A stretch of DNA of 64,000 bases from Dicyema japonicum (taxonomy: Eukaryota > Animalia > Dicyemida). Positions 51,741-64,000 of the stretch are shown here, piece after piece. The position numbers were made by a program, and so were the translations under genes. The notes under the pieces are model-generated. The model had not been told where the DNA came from and searched no databases. It was given only the letters and a program-made list of their open reading frames with translations. The first letter of the stretch is position 1. Every line of letters begins with the position of its first letter. The stretch is from NCBI GenBank assembly GCA_011109175.1, contig RDEW01000026.1, positions 862,156 through 926,155 of the forward strand, written 5' to 3'.

Positions 51741-52195
51741 GATCTGTCCCTTGTTCCCTCAAAAAACAAAAAATTTTATTTTGAGTCAATAAAGCGATTA
51801 AGCGAGAAAAGGGTCGAAAATAGAAAAGGTCGAATGATCTGTCCCTTGTTCCCTCAAAAACAAAAAATTTTATTTGAGACAATAAAGCGATTAAGCGAGA
51901 AAAGGGTCGAAAATAGAAGAGGTCGAAGGATCGGTCCCTTGTTCCCTCAAAAAACAAAAATTTTATTTGAGTCAATAAGCGATTAAGCGAGAAAAGAGTC
52001 GAAAATAGAAGAGGTCGAAGGATCGGTCCCTTGTTCCCTCAAAAAACAAAAAATTTTATTTGAGCCAATTAAGCGATTAAGCGAAAAAAGGGTCGAAAAT
52101 AGAAGATGTCGAAGGATCGGTCCTTTGTTCCCTCAAAAAACAAAAATTTTATTTGAGTCAATTAAGCGATTAAGCGTAAAAAGGGTCAAAAATTG
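51741..52195. repeat. Minisatellite, about 5 x 92-95 bp
   Basis: Units start at 51741, 51836, 51929, 52021, 52115. Confidence 0.95.
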
Positions 52196-52699
52196 AAAAT
52201 TATTAAAGAAAAGTAAAAGAAAACGCGAATAAAAATTTTCAAACAAATCATGTCTAAATAGGCGATACTGTTTTCATCAAATCAGATTTTGATAACAACC
52301 TGAAAACAAAAAAACAATCGTTAAGGGAGTTTACACAGATGAAACAAAAAAGTCTTAAAATCAAGAATTAAAAAAATTAATTAGTCTTTAAATACAGTTT
52401 ATTTGTCTGATAGTAAAGAAGTTTTTGATTTTTTTAATTCGTTTTTATATTAAAAGTTGTTAAATTTTTGTTATGATAATTCAATAACGGTTCCATTTCG
52501 GGTCTATATAAAAGTTCCATTGATTCTGTTAGAGCCATTCTTATTAGTTAGCATACGTTCTTTCACTTATATTCAAAGATCTGGCAAACCTCCGACAATT
52601 AATAATACTTTCTATGGTTTTTCGACTCTACTTATTTCTTCATATAAACTTCAAATCACTATTCCAGAACTGACGGTCTGTGCCCTGCATGTGCAGTCA

Positions 52700-53620
52700 A
52701 CAAGGCTCAACTTTATTAGGAAAAGAGACCGTTAACTAACTAAAGGTTGTGAGGAGATTAATCCCCAGGAGATACCGAAATTCCAATTCCTATGGTTAAC
52801 TTTCATAAACAATTCCTTTTTTGTTAACTTCCAGGTATTAAGGTGAAATTCTAGAAAACTTACTTTTTGTTGGTTTTGGCAGACTTAACACGCATTTTGG
52901 AGCGTGTGAGCCACGTCACCAGTTCAGCCTGTTCGACCAGTTGATGAGTAGAGAATTACACCTTTGGAAGCAAACCCACGAGCTTGCAGCCTTGATGATA
53001 CCCCGACTACTACACCAACCGGCAAAGATTACTTCAACCTAAGAATAACGTCAGGGCTTGCACAGACTCCTTTTCAGGCTTCATGTTGTAAGCTAGAAAG
53101 GCTGCTCGAACTATGAGTAGAAAATCTATCCTCTAACGGCATCTAAAGGGATTTTCGTACATTAGAAGAGATGAACTTTTCATCATGCACCATAATTCTC
53201 CGTTTGTGCCTAATCATCAATCTCTCAAGAATCTTCTTCGATACGATTGTTTCAATGAAGCCCCCGTTGCTTTATCTAAGTTCAGCTTATTTATATTGAG
53301 AAAATTCCGTTTGTAGGCATAACCGGGAATAATCTTTAAAGAAATCTGGTAACGGCAACTCGTTGCTCGTCAAGGTTCCACTACAAATTAAACTATTAAT
53401 AATGGATTTTTAAAAGGGAAAATTTGTCTGCTAGCTACGAATATAACCAGTTTTCTCAATGTGACCCACATTAAAGCGAAAAAGTGGAACACTTCCGATC
53501 ATGTGTGCCATCCAATTTTTCTTCAGATAAATGAAATTAATTCTAAATTGGTTCCGAGAACGTATCTCGTTGGCTATTGTTAAGGGAAATAGCATGGCCA
53601 TTCAGATGCCTTAATTTAAT
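52700..53620 (-). mobile_element. Highly degenerate retroelement, possibly CRE-like
   Basis: Only weak motif traces. Confidence 0.25.
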
Positions 53621-54179
53621 TTTTATTCATTCGATAATAAAACCATAAAATTAAAAAAAAATTCCAATTTACATTTATTTGTTAATGTTCTGCAGGCCAC
53701 AGTTTAGTGTTTTTTGATATTAATAATCATGATTAAAATTAAATATAGGGTTTTTCTATCAATAACGACACTTCGTCAATCAATAAATCTTTTTGAACAT
53801 CCTTACAAGGATACTGTCACTGTCGTAGCAAAATTGTCAAACGATTTTGTCAACGTTCGAAATAGTGAAGTTTCAGTGACAAAAATCCATTTTAGACGAC
53901 TTAAAAAATAGTTAACTAATCAATTAACTTAAAAAATAGCATTAATCTTTTATTATATTTTTCTTCTGAAATTTATGATCTTTAGGGGGCCAAGCTTCGA
54001 TTCGAGCCGAACAGGAGATGTGAGATGAGTGGCTCAATTCTGGACACAGAAAGGCAATTCTGGATGCCCGTACGCGGCGGACCCAGGTCCCAAGTTGTCG
54101 GTCTGGGATCACTTGATCCTGGGACAATAATAATAATTCTGAAATTTATGGAATTTTATACTCTGTCCAAAATTGAGTA

Positions 54180-55200
54180 GATGGCACGAGACATTTTTGC
54201 ATCCTGGCTTCAACAAACTTGACAAACACAAAAAATTATTTATTCATTGATAATTTCACCATTAACTGCTCTCATATTTATATCCTTTCATCCTTCTAAC
54301 GTATCCTCCAAAGTCTATAGGGATAATCAATTCGAAAGAAGATGAGATAAGATGTCTTAGCTGTAAATCACCAATAGCAGTCCCTCTCTTCATAGAATTC
54401 TTCCATATGAGAACACATTCTCAATTGGATTAAGGAATGGTGAGTATGGAATAAGATATAGTATCTGATTACTTCGTTGAGTCCATTGTAATGGTGAAAC
54501 CTATCATTATCCATGACGAAGTAGGGATCCACAATTCCTTTAGTTTCACAAAATCCCCTAAGTTGAATCAACAAATTCCCCATTAACCATCAACAACAGA
54601 ATGATAGACAATACCATTTGCAGTCATTGCGGCCATTACTGAAATATTCCTACACGTACCTGTGGCACACTAATACTCGCAATACCTCTTTTAAGATTTC
54701 CCAAAGCAGACGCGCTGGGGAGAAATTGAACCTACTTCGTCTATAAAAAATATTCGACTATCTCCGACGTCAAATAAAATTTCCCATATACCAATAGTGT
54801 CTCAATGGTGTTTTCACAGTTTCTTCTCTCAGAAACAATGTTGAGAGTTTTCACTGTGTAGTGAAATTCATCTAGACAGCGGTTATAGTGCTCACGGATA
54901 TCAACATCTCCTCGCACAGTTTTATTTTCAACGCCCCCAAGGTCATTGTTGCATCTTCATCAACCCACTACCTTATTAAATTTTTCTGATTAGAAGTCAA
55001 TCTTGTTCTATGATCCCCGCCACGTGTGCCACATTTGGTCTTTCCATCCTTCAGATATGAAGAAACAATTGTACATGCAGTTGTACGAGGAAGACCTATT
55101 ATTGCATGGCGCCATGTGGTACTACGTGGATAGTTTGTCAAAATTATTTTCCTTCCTTCTGATGACGTCACTGGATCCACGTTACTGAGGAGGCGTCCAA
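54180..55200 (-). mobile_element. Tc1/IS630-like transposase, degenerate
   Basis: RGGDH, FFIDE, VMDNDRFHH, PYSPFLNPIENVFS-like. Confidence 0.8.
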
Positions 55201-55292
55201 CATGGGAATAAAACTGGCTAAATTTAAGTCACTTCAGGGCATTCTCCTGATAGTAACCATTGTATTATATTTATTAAGTTTTAGGGTCTAGA

Positions 55293-56200
55293 TACAGTGC
55301 GACCCAGAATTGGGGATATTTTTCCCCAATTTAAGGTTTCCCCAAAAAAAGGGTTTTCCTTAAATTTGGGTTTCTCCTGTTCGATATTCTACCTTAATAA
55401 TATAACCAACACAGATAATTACATTTTTTTATTTTTTAATAAAAAAATCTGTTAATTTTAATAGAGTGTTTTGTTTTTTTTCGCATCCAACTTATAATAT
55501 TTGCTTTGAATCTGTATAGATCAAAGACATTTTCTGGAGTCTCTTGCTTAATGACATTTAGCAGCATTGTGAATGCGCATTCCGCATTGTTTATAACTTG
55601 TTGATCATTCACATGTTCCAGAAATTGTTCGCTGCAATCCTCTTTATCACTACTATTATCATCCCAGAAGCTTTTCAAAATCGCATTTTCCACATTATCC
55701 GAATCAATCAGACTTTCTCCGGTGTCCTCTTTTTCCCGACAGTCATATTCCAAAGCCTTTTCAAACCAATGTCATATTGAAGTTTCTGTAATCTCGCCCA
55801 TGCCAATTTCGAACAACAAATAGTATCCAATATTGTGATTCCCTTTATAGCTTCATCTATTTGAGCTACATGATTTTTATCATAAATAATCGTTTTCATC
55901 ATCCAATTATTGAAATGATTCTTAAATGGCAGTATTATCCCTTGGTCTTTAGGCTGAATTAAAAAAGTTGTGTTTTTTGGAAAAAAATATTACGTCTACG
56001 TTTGAATGTTGGGCAGAAACAGCTTGACAAGTTGCATTGTCTATTTTTCTTTTTTTCTCCCTCATTTCGTTAAATCGAGATAACCAATTTTCAAAAATAT
56101 TTTTTGTCATCCAGGCTTTGCATTAAACATTATTTTGCATAAAACATAATGTTTAATTTTTTTAAGATTTCTTTCAGATTTACACTAAACAAAATGGCAA
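55293..56200 (-). mobile_element. pogo/Tigger 3' fragment with TIR
   Basis: KAWMTK.IFENWL, NTT..IQPKDQGII; TIR-like CAGTGCGACCC at 55294. Confidence 0.7.
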
Positions 56201-57039
56201 TCGTCCCGAAATGAAAAATTAATTAAAAATGTTACGAAATAGGTACTACCAAGTCCGCCAGTTGACCTGGACTGCTCATCCCGGTACCCCTTTCCTTGTT
56301 AACCATCATATTCTGGTCTAGGCTGTTATCTTATTTTCATCTCCAAAACGTTGTAGGTACAAATCCAGTACGCCCATCTCCAGTTAGTTCTCCCTTTGTA
56401 GGTCCTCTCCCCAGTATGTTATTCCACGGTGGTCCCAAACCGTCCTGCAGGGACCAATGATGTGGTTAACAAAGTCCCGTGTAGATCCTAATTCGAATGT
56501 AAGGACCCCTGTAAGGACCCCCTGTAAGTCCCAACTCCAGTATGACTTCCACAGTATTCCCAGGTCCTGTAGGGATTAATGGCCTAGATAACAAAGTCCC
56601 GTATAGACCCGGATACGAATGTTGGGATCAATTTGTATAAGTACTAGGTCCAACTTGGAAAATATCCGGAGATTTTGACCCTTTGGCTACTGATTCCCCC
56701 AAAAGGTTCTTTCGTTTTTGTAGAATATGTCCATTCAGCCCGTTGTATGTTTCTTCACCTTGTAATATGTTACTTCGTCTTGTAGAATAAGTTCATTCGA
56801 CTTTAATACGTATTCGCCTTGAGGAGAATCCCTTGCAGTACAATAGGTTCCTTCGTCTTGTAATGTGGATCTTCGCCATGAAACACCTTCGACTTGAGAA
56901 CATGAAAGTAGCACCAGTGGCACTACCTCCACGTTATCAATCAAAATCAATACTCTCAATATCAATTTTCGCAATCGTCCCGAAACCGAAACCGAAGCCA
57001 ACTTATTCAACAGCAAATAATGAGTTAGTTTAAGGGATA

Positions 57040-57690
57040 TTTAAACGTGTCCGTCTATGCGGCCTGGACACTTCCGATGCACCCCGTCTCCATTTAGTCT
57101 CCTCCTATCGTCGGATCCCATCGATCCTTTTCTCTACAATATATTTGACCGGTGTTAGAATCTTGTCTTCTTCGGTATTGAGAACATCAAAAAGTATTTT
57201 CCCCAAAACCAACTTTATTATGGTTTTTTCCACAAGTAACATAATTCTTTTTCTTTGACAAGAGAAAAACCATGCTTCGCATCCATATAGCAGCTCCGGA
57301 AGAATGATTCTCATGAAAATGAACAAGAAAGTTTCCTAGCTTACAAACAACTTTCTTGTACATAAAAGTGCTTGAATCGCCTTCTCCCTTCTTCGTCTAA
57401 TGTCTTCCATGAAGGAACCTTTCCTGTCGATTACCATCCCGAGGTAGTGCAGTGAATTTACTTTTGGAATGTCAAGTGAGTAAAGCTGCGTATGATGCCT
57501 TCTTAGGCGACTGACTTTCAAATAGCTAAACTTCTCAGTGGACAGTTTCATCCCTCTCTTGGTGCCCACCTTGTTTTACTTTGAATGACTTGATTTCTTC
57601 TTTCCGAGAGTTGATTTCCCGGATGTATTCGTGATCAGAATATCATCAGCGTATATCAATAATCTGGTGTTCGTATGTTGAGCTTAACTA
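57040..57690 (-). mobile_element. LINE RT C-terminal fragment
   Basis: LIYADDIL, HYLGM, LPELLYGCEAW; same family as 13330-13750. Confidence 0.75.
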
Positions 57691-57699
57691 GAAAATTTT

Positions 57700-58195
57700 T
57701 TCATTTACAAATTTCTTGCCATTGTCCGTGAGCAAAATGGTTGGTTTTCCAAACATTAAAATTATGCTCTTTAATGCACTTGGCACCTCCGTAGCCGATT
57801 TACTCTTTAGAGGTCTTGTCCAGCAAAATTTGGAAAAGGAATCCAACCCAACCAAAAGCCAGCAAAAATTTTTATTGAAATTGAATAGTGGCGTAGATCA
57901 ACTAAATCAAAAATATACCTGAAATTAGAATAGTTAACTAGTACCTTTCTCTCACTGTATATGCTATGATAGGTGTTATAGTTGGTCGAGTGTTCATAAG
58001 CCGTCTTGCCAGACATTTTGAACAAGACCTGAGAACAACCATAACTTCATCTCTGCAAGATCTATTGATTAAATTCTTTAGAAGAGAAACAAGTCTATCA
58101 CGATCAGGATGTCCATTTTTGAGGTGAACGTCTTTAATAAATTTCCTCTTTTGTTCATCTTCTTCTACAGCGAACACACAAATTATTTATTTTTA
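57700..58195 (-). mobile_element. Ginger/KRBA2-like integrase-type transposase fragment with 26-nt intron (57919-57944)
   Basis: H..NGH..CSKC zinc domain, RER|YIFDLVDL, DSFSKF..RPLKSKSA, TDNG. Confidence 0.72.
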
Positions 58196-58215
58196 GGTAT
58201 CAGTAACGGTTGTAA

Positions 58216-58399
58216 AAACACTGCGGAACTGGATTGTCTAGAAAGGACACTCACACAAGAGAAAGAAAAAAAGAAGTCAAGATCATTCCTTGGTTTTACG
58301 ATTAGTTAAAATCAACTATTCATTACTTAAATAAATTGTGTGTTTTGCTTTTGGGGAGCTATAAATACTATGGCTCTCGTGAAAAAGCTTTATTATTAT
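58216..58399 (+). mobile_element. SINE family A, 5'-truncated
   Basis: 12-bp TSD TAACGGTTGTAA (58204-58215, 58400-58411). Confidence 0.85.
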
Positions 58400-58627
58400 T
58401 AACGGTTGTAACTTTTTTACTGCGAAGGTCCAGTCACTCAACCGATACGTGCTTGTGTGGTGTCGAGAGGAACATCGGGCCAAGATGAAGTCCTTGCTAG
58501 TGCGTGCTGGGATCACGTGATTACTTAGTTTGTGTAACCGTGGTCTCTGGTGTTATTGTACAGTCTAACCTCTTTTTGGAACGGACCTCGAGGATGGAAC
58601 ACCTCTGTTTTTGATAAACCCTCGTGA

Positions 58628-58908
58628 CTTAGGCTACGGGTTTGATTCTGCTGCTGTTCACCTGGTGGAAGGTTCCACGCTTCTACGATGCTAAAAAGGC
58701 TTGACGAGAGACGCCGTCATCAGTGGACTCTCACTGCGGAATTGGATTGTCAAAAAAGGATCCACACAAAAAAACAGAAATATTAGTAAAGATCATTCTT
58801 TGGTTCGACGAATAGTTAAAATTAACTGTTCTTTACTTAAATAAAGTGTGTGTGCCTATGCGGAGCTAATACTACGGCTCCGTAAAAAAGGCTGTAATTA
58901 TTATTATT
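58628..58908 (+). mobile_element. SINE family A copy
   Basis: Homologous to 6385-6675. Confidence 0.85.
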
Positions 58909-58924
58909 AAAGTTATCTACATTT

Positions 58925-59200
58925 TTATGGGCTTAAGCTAAGATACAAAAGTTGAAATTGCTAAACTTCTTTCAAAAAAGGAGCATTCAATTCGAAAACT
59001 CGCGAGAATGTCTGACACAAGTATTTAAACAATCTCTAGAATCAAGAGAAACATTGTTCCATTCACCAAAAATGGACAGATTTATTAAAATGCAAAGACT
59101 TCAGAGTCAGTCACTAGTGTAAAGCTTTAACTTTTGGATTCAAAAGTGTTGGATGTATTTCAACACCAAAAAAACAAAACTTTCCATTTCCGGACTTTAA
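58925..59200 (+). mobile_element. pogo/Tigger HTH 5' fragment
   Basis: TKVEIAKLL..SIRKLAR..TISRIKRN. Confidence 0.5.
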
Positions 59201-59214
59201 ATCCTAAAAATCAA

Positions 59215-59393
59215 TATTATTAATAATAATAAATAATATAGCCTTTTCACGAGAGCCATAGTATTTATAGCTCCGATAGGCAGGACACACACTTTATTTA
59301 AGTAAAGAACAGTTAACTTTTGACTAATCGTAGAACCAAGGAATGATCTTTACTTTTTTTTCTTGTGTGTGGGTCCTTTCTAAACAATCCAGT
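59215..59393 (-). mobile_element. SINE family A, 5'-truncated
   Basis: Reverse complement of 6500-6675. Confidence 0.85.
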
Positions 59394-59689
59394 TTGTCTA
59401 GCTATAAAAAATTATATTAATAATATTATATTGACATAATTTCCAAGTTCTTGATTAGGCAATGGTGATGCTAGAGCCAAGAGTGACTATTAAACTGCCC
59501 GATCAGCCTGATAATTTTTGCTGTGCTAGGGCCTAGCATTTTTAAGAATATGTTTGTTTAACTTGGGACCAGCTCACTGACCCTGATGAACTGTATTGGA
59601 TAGCCAATCACACTATAAAAATCTAACTATATTGCAATTTTATTCACTAATAAGTGAGCTATTGAAACGCTAAAAAATTATCGATAAAA

Positions 59690-61138
59690 AATTTTGAGGT
59701 CTTCGCGCGGAATCTCGCTGCAGCGGCAGATTTCCCACTTGAGGACCGTAGATATACCCGCAAGATTCCTCATTGTACGGTTAACGGTGTAGTGTTTACC
59801 TGCATCAATAAGGCTGTGGCTTATGCGGTGGAGGCTAAGCCAGTAGGGTCATTGGGTGACATCTCCCTAGTGCTGTATGCAGCACAGATCACCTTGAGGA
59901 ATTGACGGACAAACCCAGACCATTCAGTAAATGGAGGGAGCAGATCTGTGCCAAGATTGCTTGGAGACAGACTGAGCTGGAAGCACTGGAGGGGCTCATA
60001 ACTAGTGTGGCGAGAGGGGTTAGAGGAAAAGCACCGGCTATAGTAAAGGGGCTAATTAGTAAACTCCGTGTTCCCAAATGGGACCTCAAAGAGTTGAGGA
60101 GGGCAAAGGTGGAATTAGAGGGGGCAATAATTGTGTATAAGAGGAAACTCTATACACATGAAAGTCGGTGTAAGAGAAGGAGAGAAAATAATCTGTTTGA
60201 GTTTAATTGCAAATTGTTTTACTGTCACCTACACGAAAATGACCATAGTGCACTTTCCCAGCAGGATGCGGAAATGCTTTCCACATGAGGTAGTATGTAG
60301 TAGGCTAAATCTCGCAGAGAAAATACGTGTAATGTCCCATACAGCACCGCTCCTTTCTTGGCGGAATCTTGCGGAATTTTCGATTTCCTCAAAAAATTTG
60401 AGGCGGATATGAGACATCTCCCTCATTGGAAAACGACCGGCGTCGATAAAGTTTATAATTTTTCATGAAAAGATCCAATTCAGTGCATTAGTATATGTGT
60501 CGTAAATTACAGAAAAGCATCACTAACCAGGAAAGATTCCTGATTGGGCTTGCACCTGGATAACTTATTTGATTTCAAAGCTGGAAAACCTTCAGTCTGC
60601 TGCAGATTACCAACATTGAGGGGAGACTCAATGACCGGTTTGAGCAAATACCAATTCATTCTGAAGGTGTTTGTTTCAATACAAATCACCTTCTTTTTAT
60701 TGATGACCTGAAGATGTATGCTCGAACAGCCGAGGAGTTCTACTCCATGGGGGTCTGTGCCAGGGAATTCTTTGAGAGTATAGGACCAGATTTGAATTAT
60801 TCCAAGTCTGCGACTAACACGCAGGTATGTAGCGAGTTAGTAAGATTCCTAGAGGAACACGAAGATGAAGGCATTCGTAGAAGAGCAGCGTTATTATGTA
60901 AGACGTCTCTAAATGCAAGGAATTTGTTCCCAGCATTAAATGAGTATGCTATCTCTCTGCTAAACTACTACATATGTGATGTATAGTTTGAGCCCAAGTA
61001 TATTGAGATGGTTGTTATGATCCTCAGAGAGAACCATTTCTATTTGGTGGGAGCCAATAAGCTGCTTCAGCAATCAGAATCGAATCTGCTTGAGGAGGAT
61101 GGCGAAATTTTTATTGTTGGTTAAATAAAGTGGGGTTT
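59690..61138 (+). mobile_element. Second R4-like copy, multiply deleted
   Basis: High identity to 42405-45455 with internal deletions; same 3' end ttaaataaagtgggg. Confidence 0.9.
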
Positions 61139-61160
61139 TTTTTAATTATTTATCATAACA

Positions 61161-61815
61161 TTACAAAAGTCCTATAATAACCAAAAATATAACCTAAATA
61201 GTCAGATGCCAATGACCCTACCACGTACTAGAATTAAGATAAATTATACGATTTCCTTAGAATCCAATCTAATGCCTATTATCTTCATTCGAATTTTAGA
61301 GTCCTGACAAATCACAGTCGTCTACTATAACCAATAAAAACAACCGAATCCACATCCCTATAACTCGAAAAACGTTCGTCTGTGTGCAAGGATAGATGAT
61401 GAGGTATATTCTACAATTCCTTACTAAAACAACATGTCGGGAGATGAACACACTGAGAGGGCCCACTTTGGCAAATATTCCAGCAGGAGACACAAGTGTC
61501 ACCATAGCGTCGAGAACCTGTCCTTTGGTGGGTCGGAACACGATGGCTTTGTACATAACTTTGAATGTGGCCAATCCCTTCCCAGGAATGAGAATTCCAT
61601 CACCCATGCTGTCTATTGAGGTTACTGATACAATGTATCCGTATCTAAGTGAAATAAAGTTTATACCTTCCTGAGCATGATCCTTCTACTTCGAAAAAAA
61701 GAAGTCTTTTGACTGTATCCAATAATTTAGAACCAAAATTTCTCGGATGAAGAAGAACATTGTGTTCCAGGCTAATCTAAATTAATGAAGGACACATAAC
61801 AACATGATAAAACAT
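61161..61815 (-). CDS. POLR2G: RNA polymerase II subunit RPB7, six introns of 22-27 nt
   Basis: MFYH|[20 protein letters not shown]|[17 protein letters not shown]|..|..IRMKIIG..|..GSL..DYLG|LL*; introns e.g. 61777-61803, 61645-61666. Confidence 0.95.
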
Positions 61816-62034
61816 ATTATTTAAATATTTAATAATATTTATTAACAAATTCATGTTTTATTAAAAAATAAAAATACTTTAAGAAGATCTCGGATGAAGA
61901 AGAACATTGTGTTCCAGGCTAATCTAAATTAATGAAGGACACATAACAACATGATAAAACATATTATTTAAATATTTAATAATATTTATTAACAAATTCA
62001 TGTTTTATTAAAAAATAAAAATACTTTAAGAAGA
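61741..62034. repeat. Exact ~147-bp tandem duplication of the RPB7 5' end
   Basis: 61741-61887 is repeated at 61888-62034. Confidence 0.9.
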
Positions 62035-62039
62035 CCTTT

Positions 62040-62128
62040 TCCTTCTCAGTACATCTTCAGCGTCTCCTAGTAGAGAGCCGAGCTTATTAGTACGTCTCCA
62101 TCTTTCTTGAGTAATATCGTCTTCTCTT
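62040..62128 (-). mobile_element. Small RTE fragment
   Basis: ERWRRTNKLGSLLGDAEDV. Confidence 0.65.
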
Positions 62129-62619
62129 NACTTAAAAATAAAAAAAATTAAATATTAGTTAATTTTTTCTGTTTAACAGTGGTCTTTGGAATTAATTTAA
62201 TTTAAGACAGTGAATCCTCGCCGTTGTCGTCGTGAAGCGCGCAGTTTTCGGCGAAGACGGTTTCCATTCTATGATTGCTTGGGTCTATGATTACAAAAGT
62301 GAGTAACGAGCGTCGGGTAACCGAGTGGCTATTCCAAATGATTTCTCTGGCAGTTGTCATGGGAAACACCCACTCAATTATTTCAGCTTGATTATCTTGA
62401 TTGTTTTGTTGCATAATAAATTGTTTAGGTGAAATATTCTCCCACTTGTTTCGAAATAAGATATCGAGAAAAACAATAAATAATCTTTTACTGAAGAAAG
62501 CCACTATTTTGAAAGATTCTAAAAAAATATCAACCGTATTTTGTCGTCCTTTTAGCACAAACTAAAGTGTCTGAAGCTTGAAGAGAAGTTGATAGATAGT
62601 AGAGTCTAAAGATATCATA

Positions 62620-63250
62620 TCGAAGGATCAATTTTCTTGGTGGTTGACCATTGCCTTGCACATTGTGTCCCGGCAAACTTGGAATATATAAATATTGCTT
62701 CTTCCTAAAAATAGTATGGGCTTGTTTCAGCCCGTGGATGTTGAAATTATAAAAATTTCGAAACTTGCTTTACCAGACGCAAGCGACTTCATTTGACGGA
62801 CTTATTGGAAACTCATATTACTTCGGTATACAATTCTTACATAAATTGACTTTAAACGATACGGTCTTTTTTAAATGGTTGGGAAGGACGCATCTTGCGA
62901 GACAATCAGGAATAGTTTCAGAGTTTTGATTAACTCCTACAACGAAAATCATGAAATTGATATTNTACCAGACGCAAGCGACTTCATTTGACGGACTTAT
63001 TGGAAACTCATATCACTTCGGAATACAATTCTTACATAAATTGACTTTAAACGATACGGTGTTTTTTAAATGGCTGGGGAGGACGCATCTTGCGAGACAA
63101 TCAGGAATAGTTTCAGAGTTTTGATTAACTCCAACAACGAAAATCATGAAATTGATACTAACAATGCAGCAATCGAAAGAACAGACATTTTCGATACTTT
63201 AAAAGTTGAAGATTTTTTAACATTAAAGACATCAAATAGTGAAAATTTCT
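62620..63250 (+). mobile_element. pogo/Tigger DDE fragment with N-linked ~195-bp duplication
   Basis: VDHCLAH, FQPVDVEII; 62771-62964 repeated after the N at 62965. Confidence 0.55.
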
Positions 63251-64000
63251 AAAAAAATACTTTGTTAATTTTTTAAATATAAATTTTTTTTAAAGACAAT
63301 TATTTAACAAAGAAACAAATGTTAATTGAGGAAGCCAGCTGCGTGGATTTTTTCAGAATTATTGATTTTTTTTCAAATTGGCCACAAAATTACAAGAAAA
63401 AAATGTCCAATTTGCGTGGATTCATTGTATGTATAAGATACTAAATGCTCAACTATATAAAAAATATGATTTTATGCTGCCGTTGCCTTGGTGATAAAGA
63501 TACTATTTGGTTTTTGATTTTTGGGTACTTAAAATTTTATAGACAAAATTCAATTGTGTTCTTTGTTATTCTGAAAAAATCAATTCTTAAATTATCTAGA
63601 GCAACCACACTCAACATGGGATCGTTGAGTGACCCCGGCATCAATGATTCATCATGAACTGAATTGCTCAGGGACATAAACGCAAGCAAAAAAAGAAAAA
63701 GTTAAGAACACCTTTGATTTCTCAAATTAATTAGCACAACAGCTCTTTACTTCTTTAATAAAATGTGAGTTCTAGCTGAGATGAGTAATGGAAACATTAC
63801 TACTTCTCTGTAGAAGGGCTGAATTATTATACCCAATATTGAAAACCGCATACGATCTGGACTATACGAGATCAACAATCGGGGAGTGTGAAAGAGACTG
63901 TTATTCAATATTGTGCTTTGGGTTGCACATGTTGTTTTTAAGTACTATGGTGCACTTAAAAATGCTTATTACTTATCTTCTGTATATTTAGCTGAGGAGT

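Noticed and set aside
51741-52195. CRISPR array
   Set aside because: Whole units repeat with no unique spacers, no cas genes, eukaryotic context
62771-63160. Biological tandem duplication
   Set aside because: The junction is an N; probably haplotype or contig overlap at a gap
1-64000. Microsporidian or bacterial origin of the contig
   Set aside because: Intron-dense genes with metazoan-type intron positions and BNIP1/LYAR/CTLD content argue for an animal host

Overview
AT-rich eukaryotic (animal) nuclear DNA, not prokaryotic. Host genes are split by tiny 22-30 nt GT-AG introns, many at ancestral metazoan positions. This points to a compacted parasitic metazoan such as a myxozoan or dicyemid (inference). 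Recognisable host genes: DDX55/SPB4 helicase, LYAR-like, BNIP1/SEC20, RPB7 (POLR2G), divergent C-type-lectin-like membrane genes, and beta-tubulin and E2 fragments. Most of the window is decayed transposable elements: RTE, Jockey/I-like, R4-like and CRE-like non-LTR retrotransposons, hAT/Buster (TIRs plus 8-bp TSD), pogo/Tigger, Tc1/IS630, MULE, Ginger-like, and two structured SINE families. Highlights: (1) host-sized micro-introns inside transposases of three superfamilies; (2) a SINE family with a covarying tRNA-minihelix-like head, an alternative full tRNA-like head, and a tail matching a local LINE family that ends in 'GIT*'; (3) a four-hairpin tRNA-SINE with TSDs; (4) an R4 element resembling microsporidian elements (possible horizontal transfer); (5) a membrane-protein gene sitting inside a LINE endonuclease. 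Several 1-nt dropouts and N-adjacent duplications suggest assembly errors. All assignments are by eye; no searches were run.
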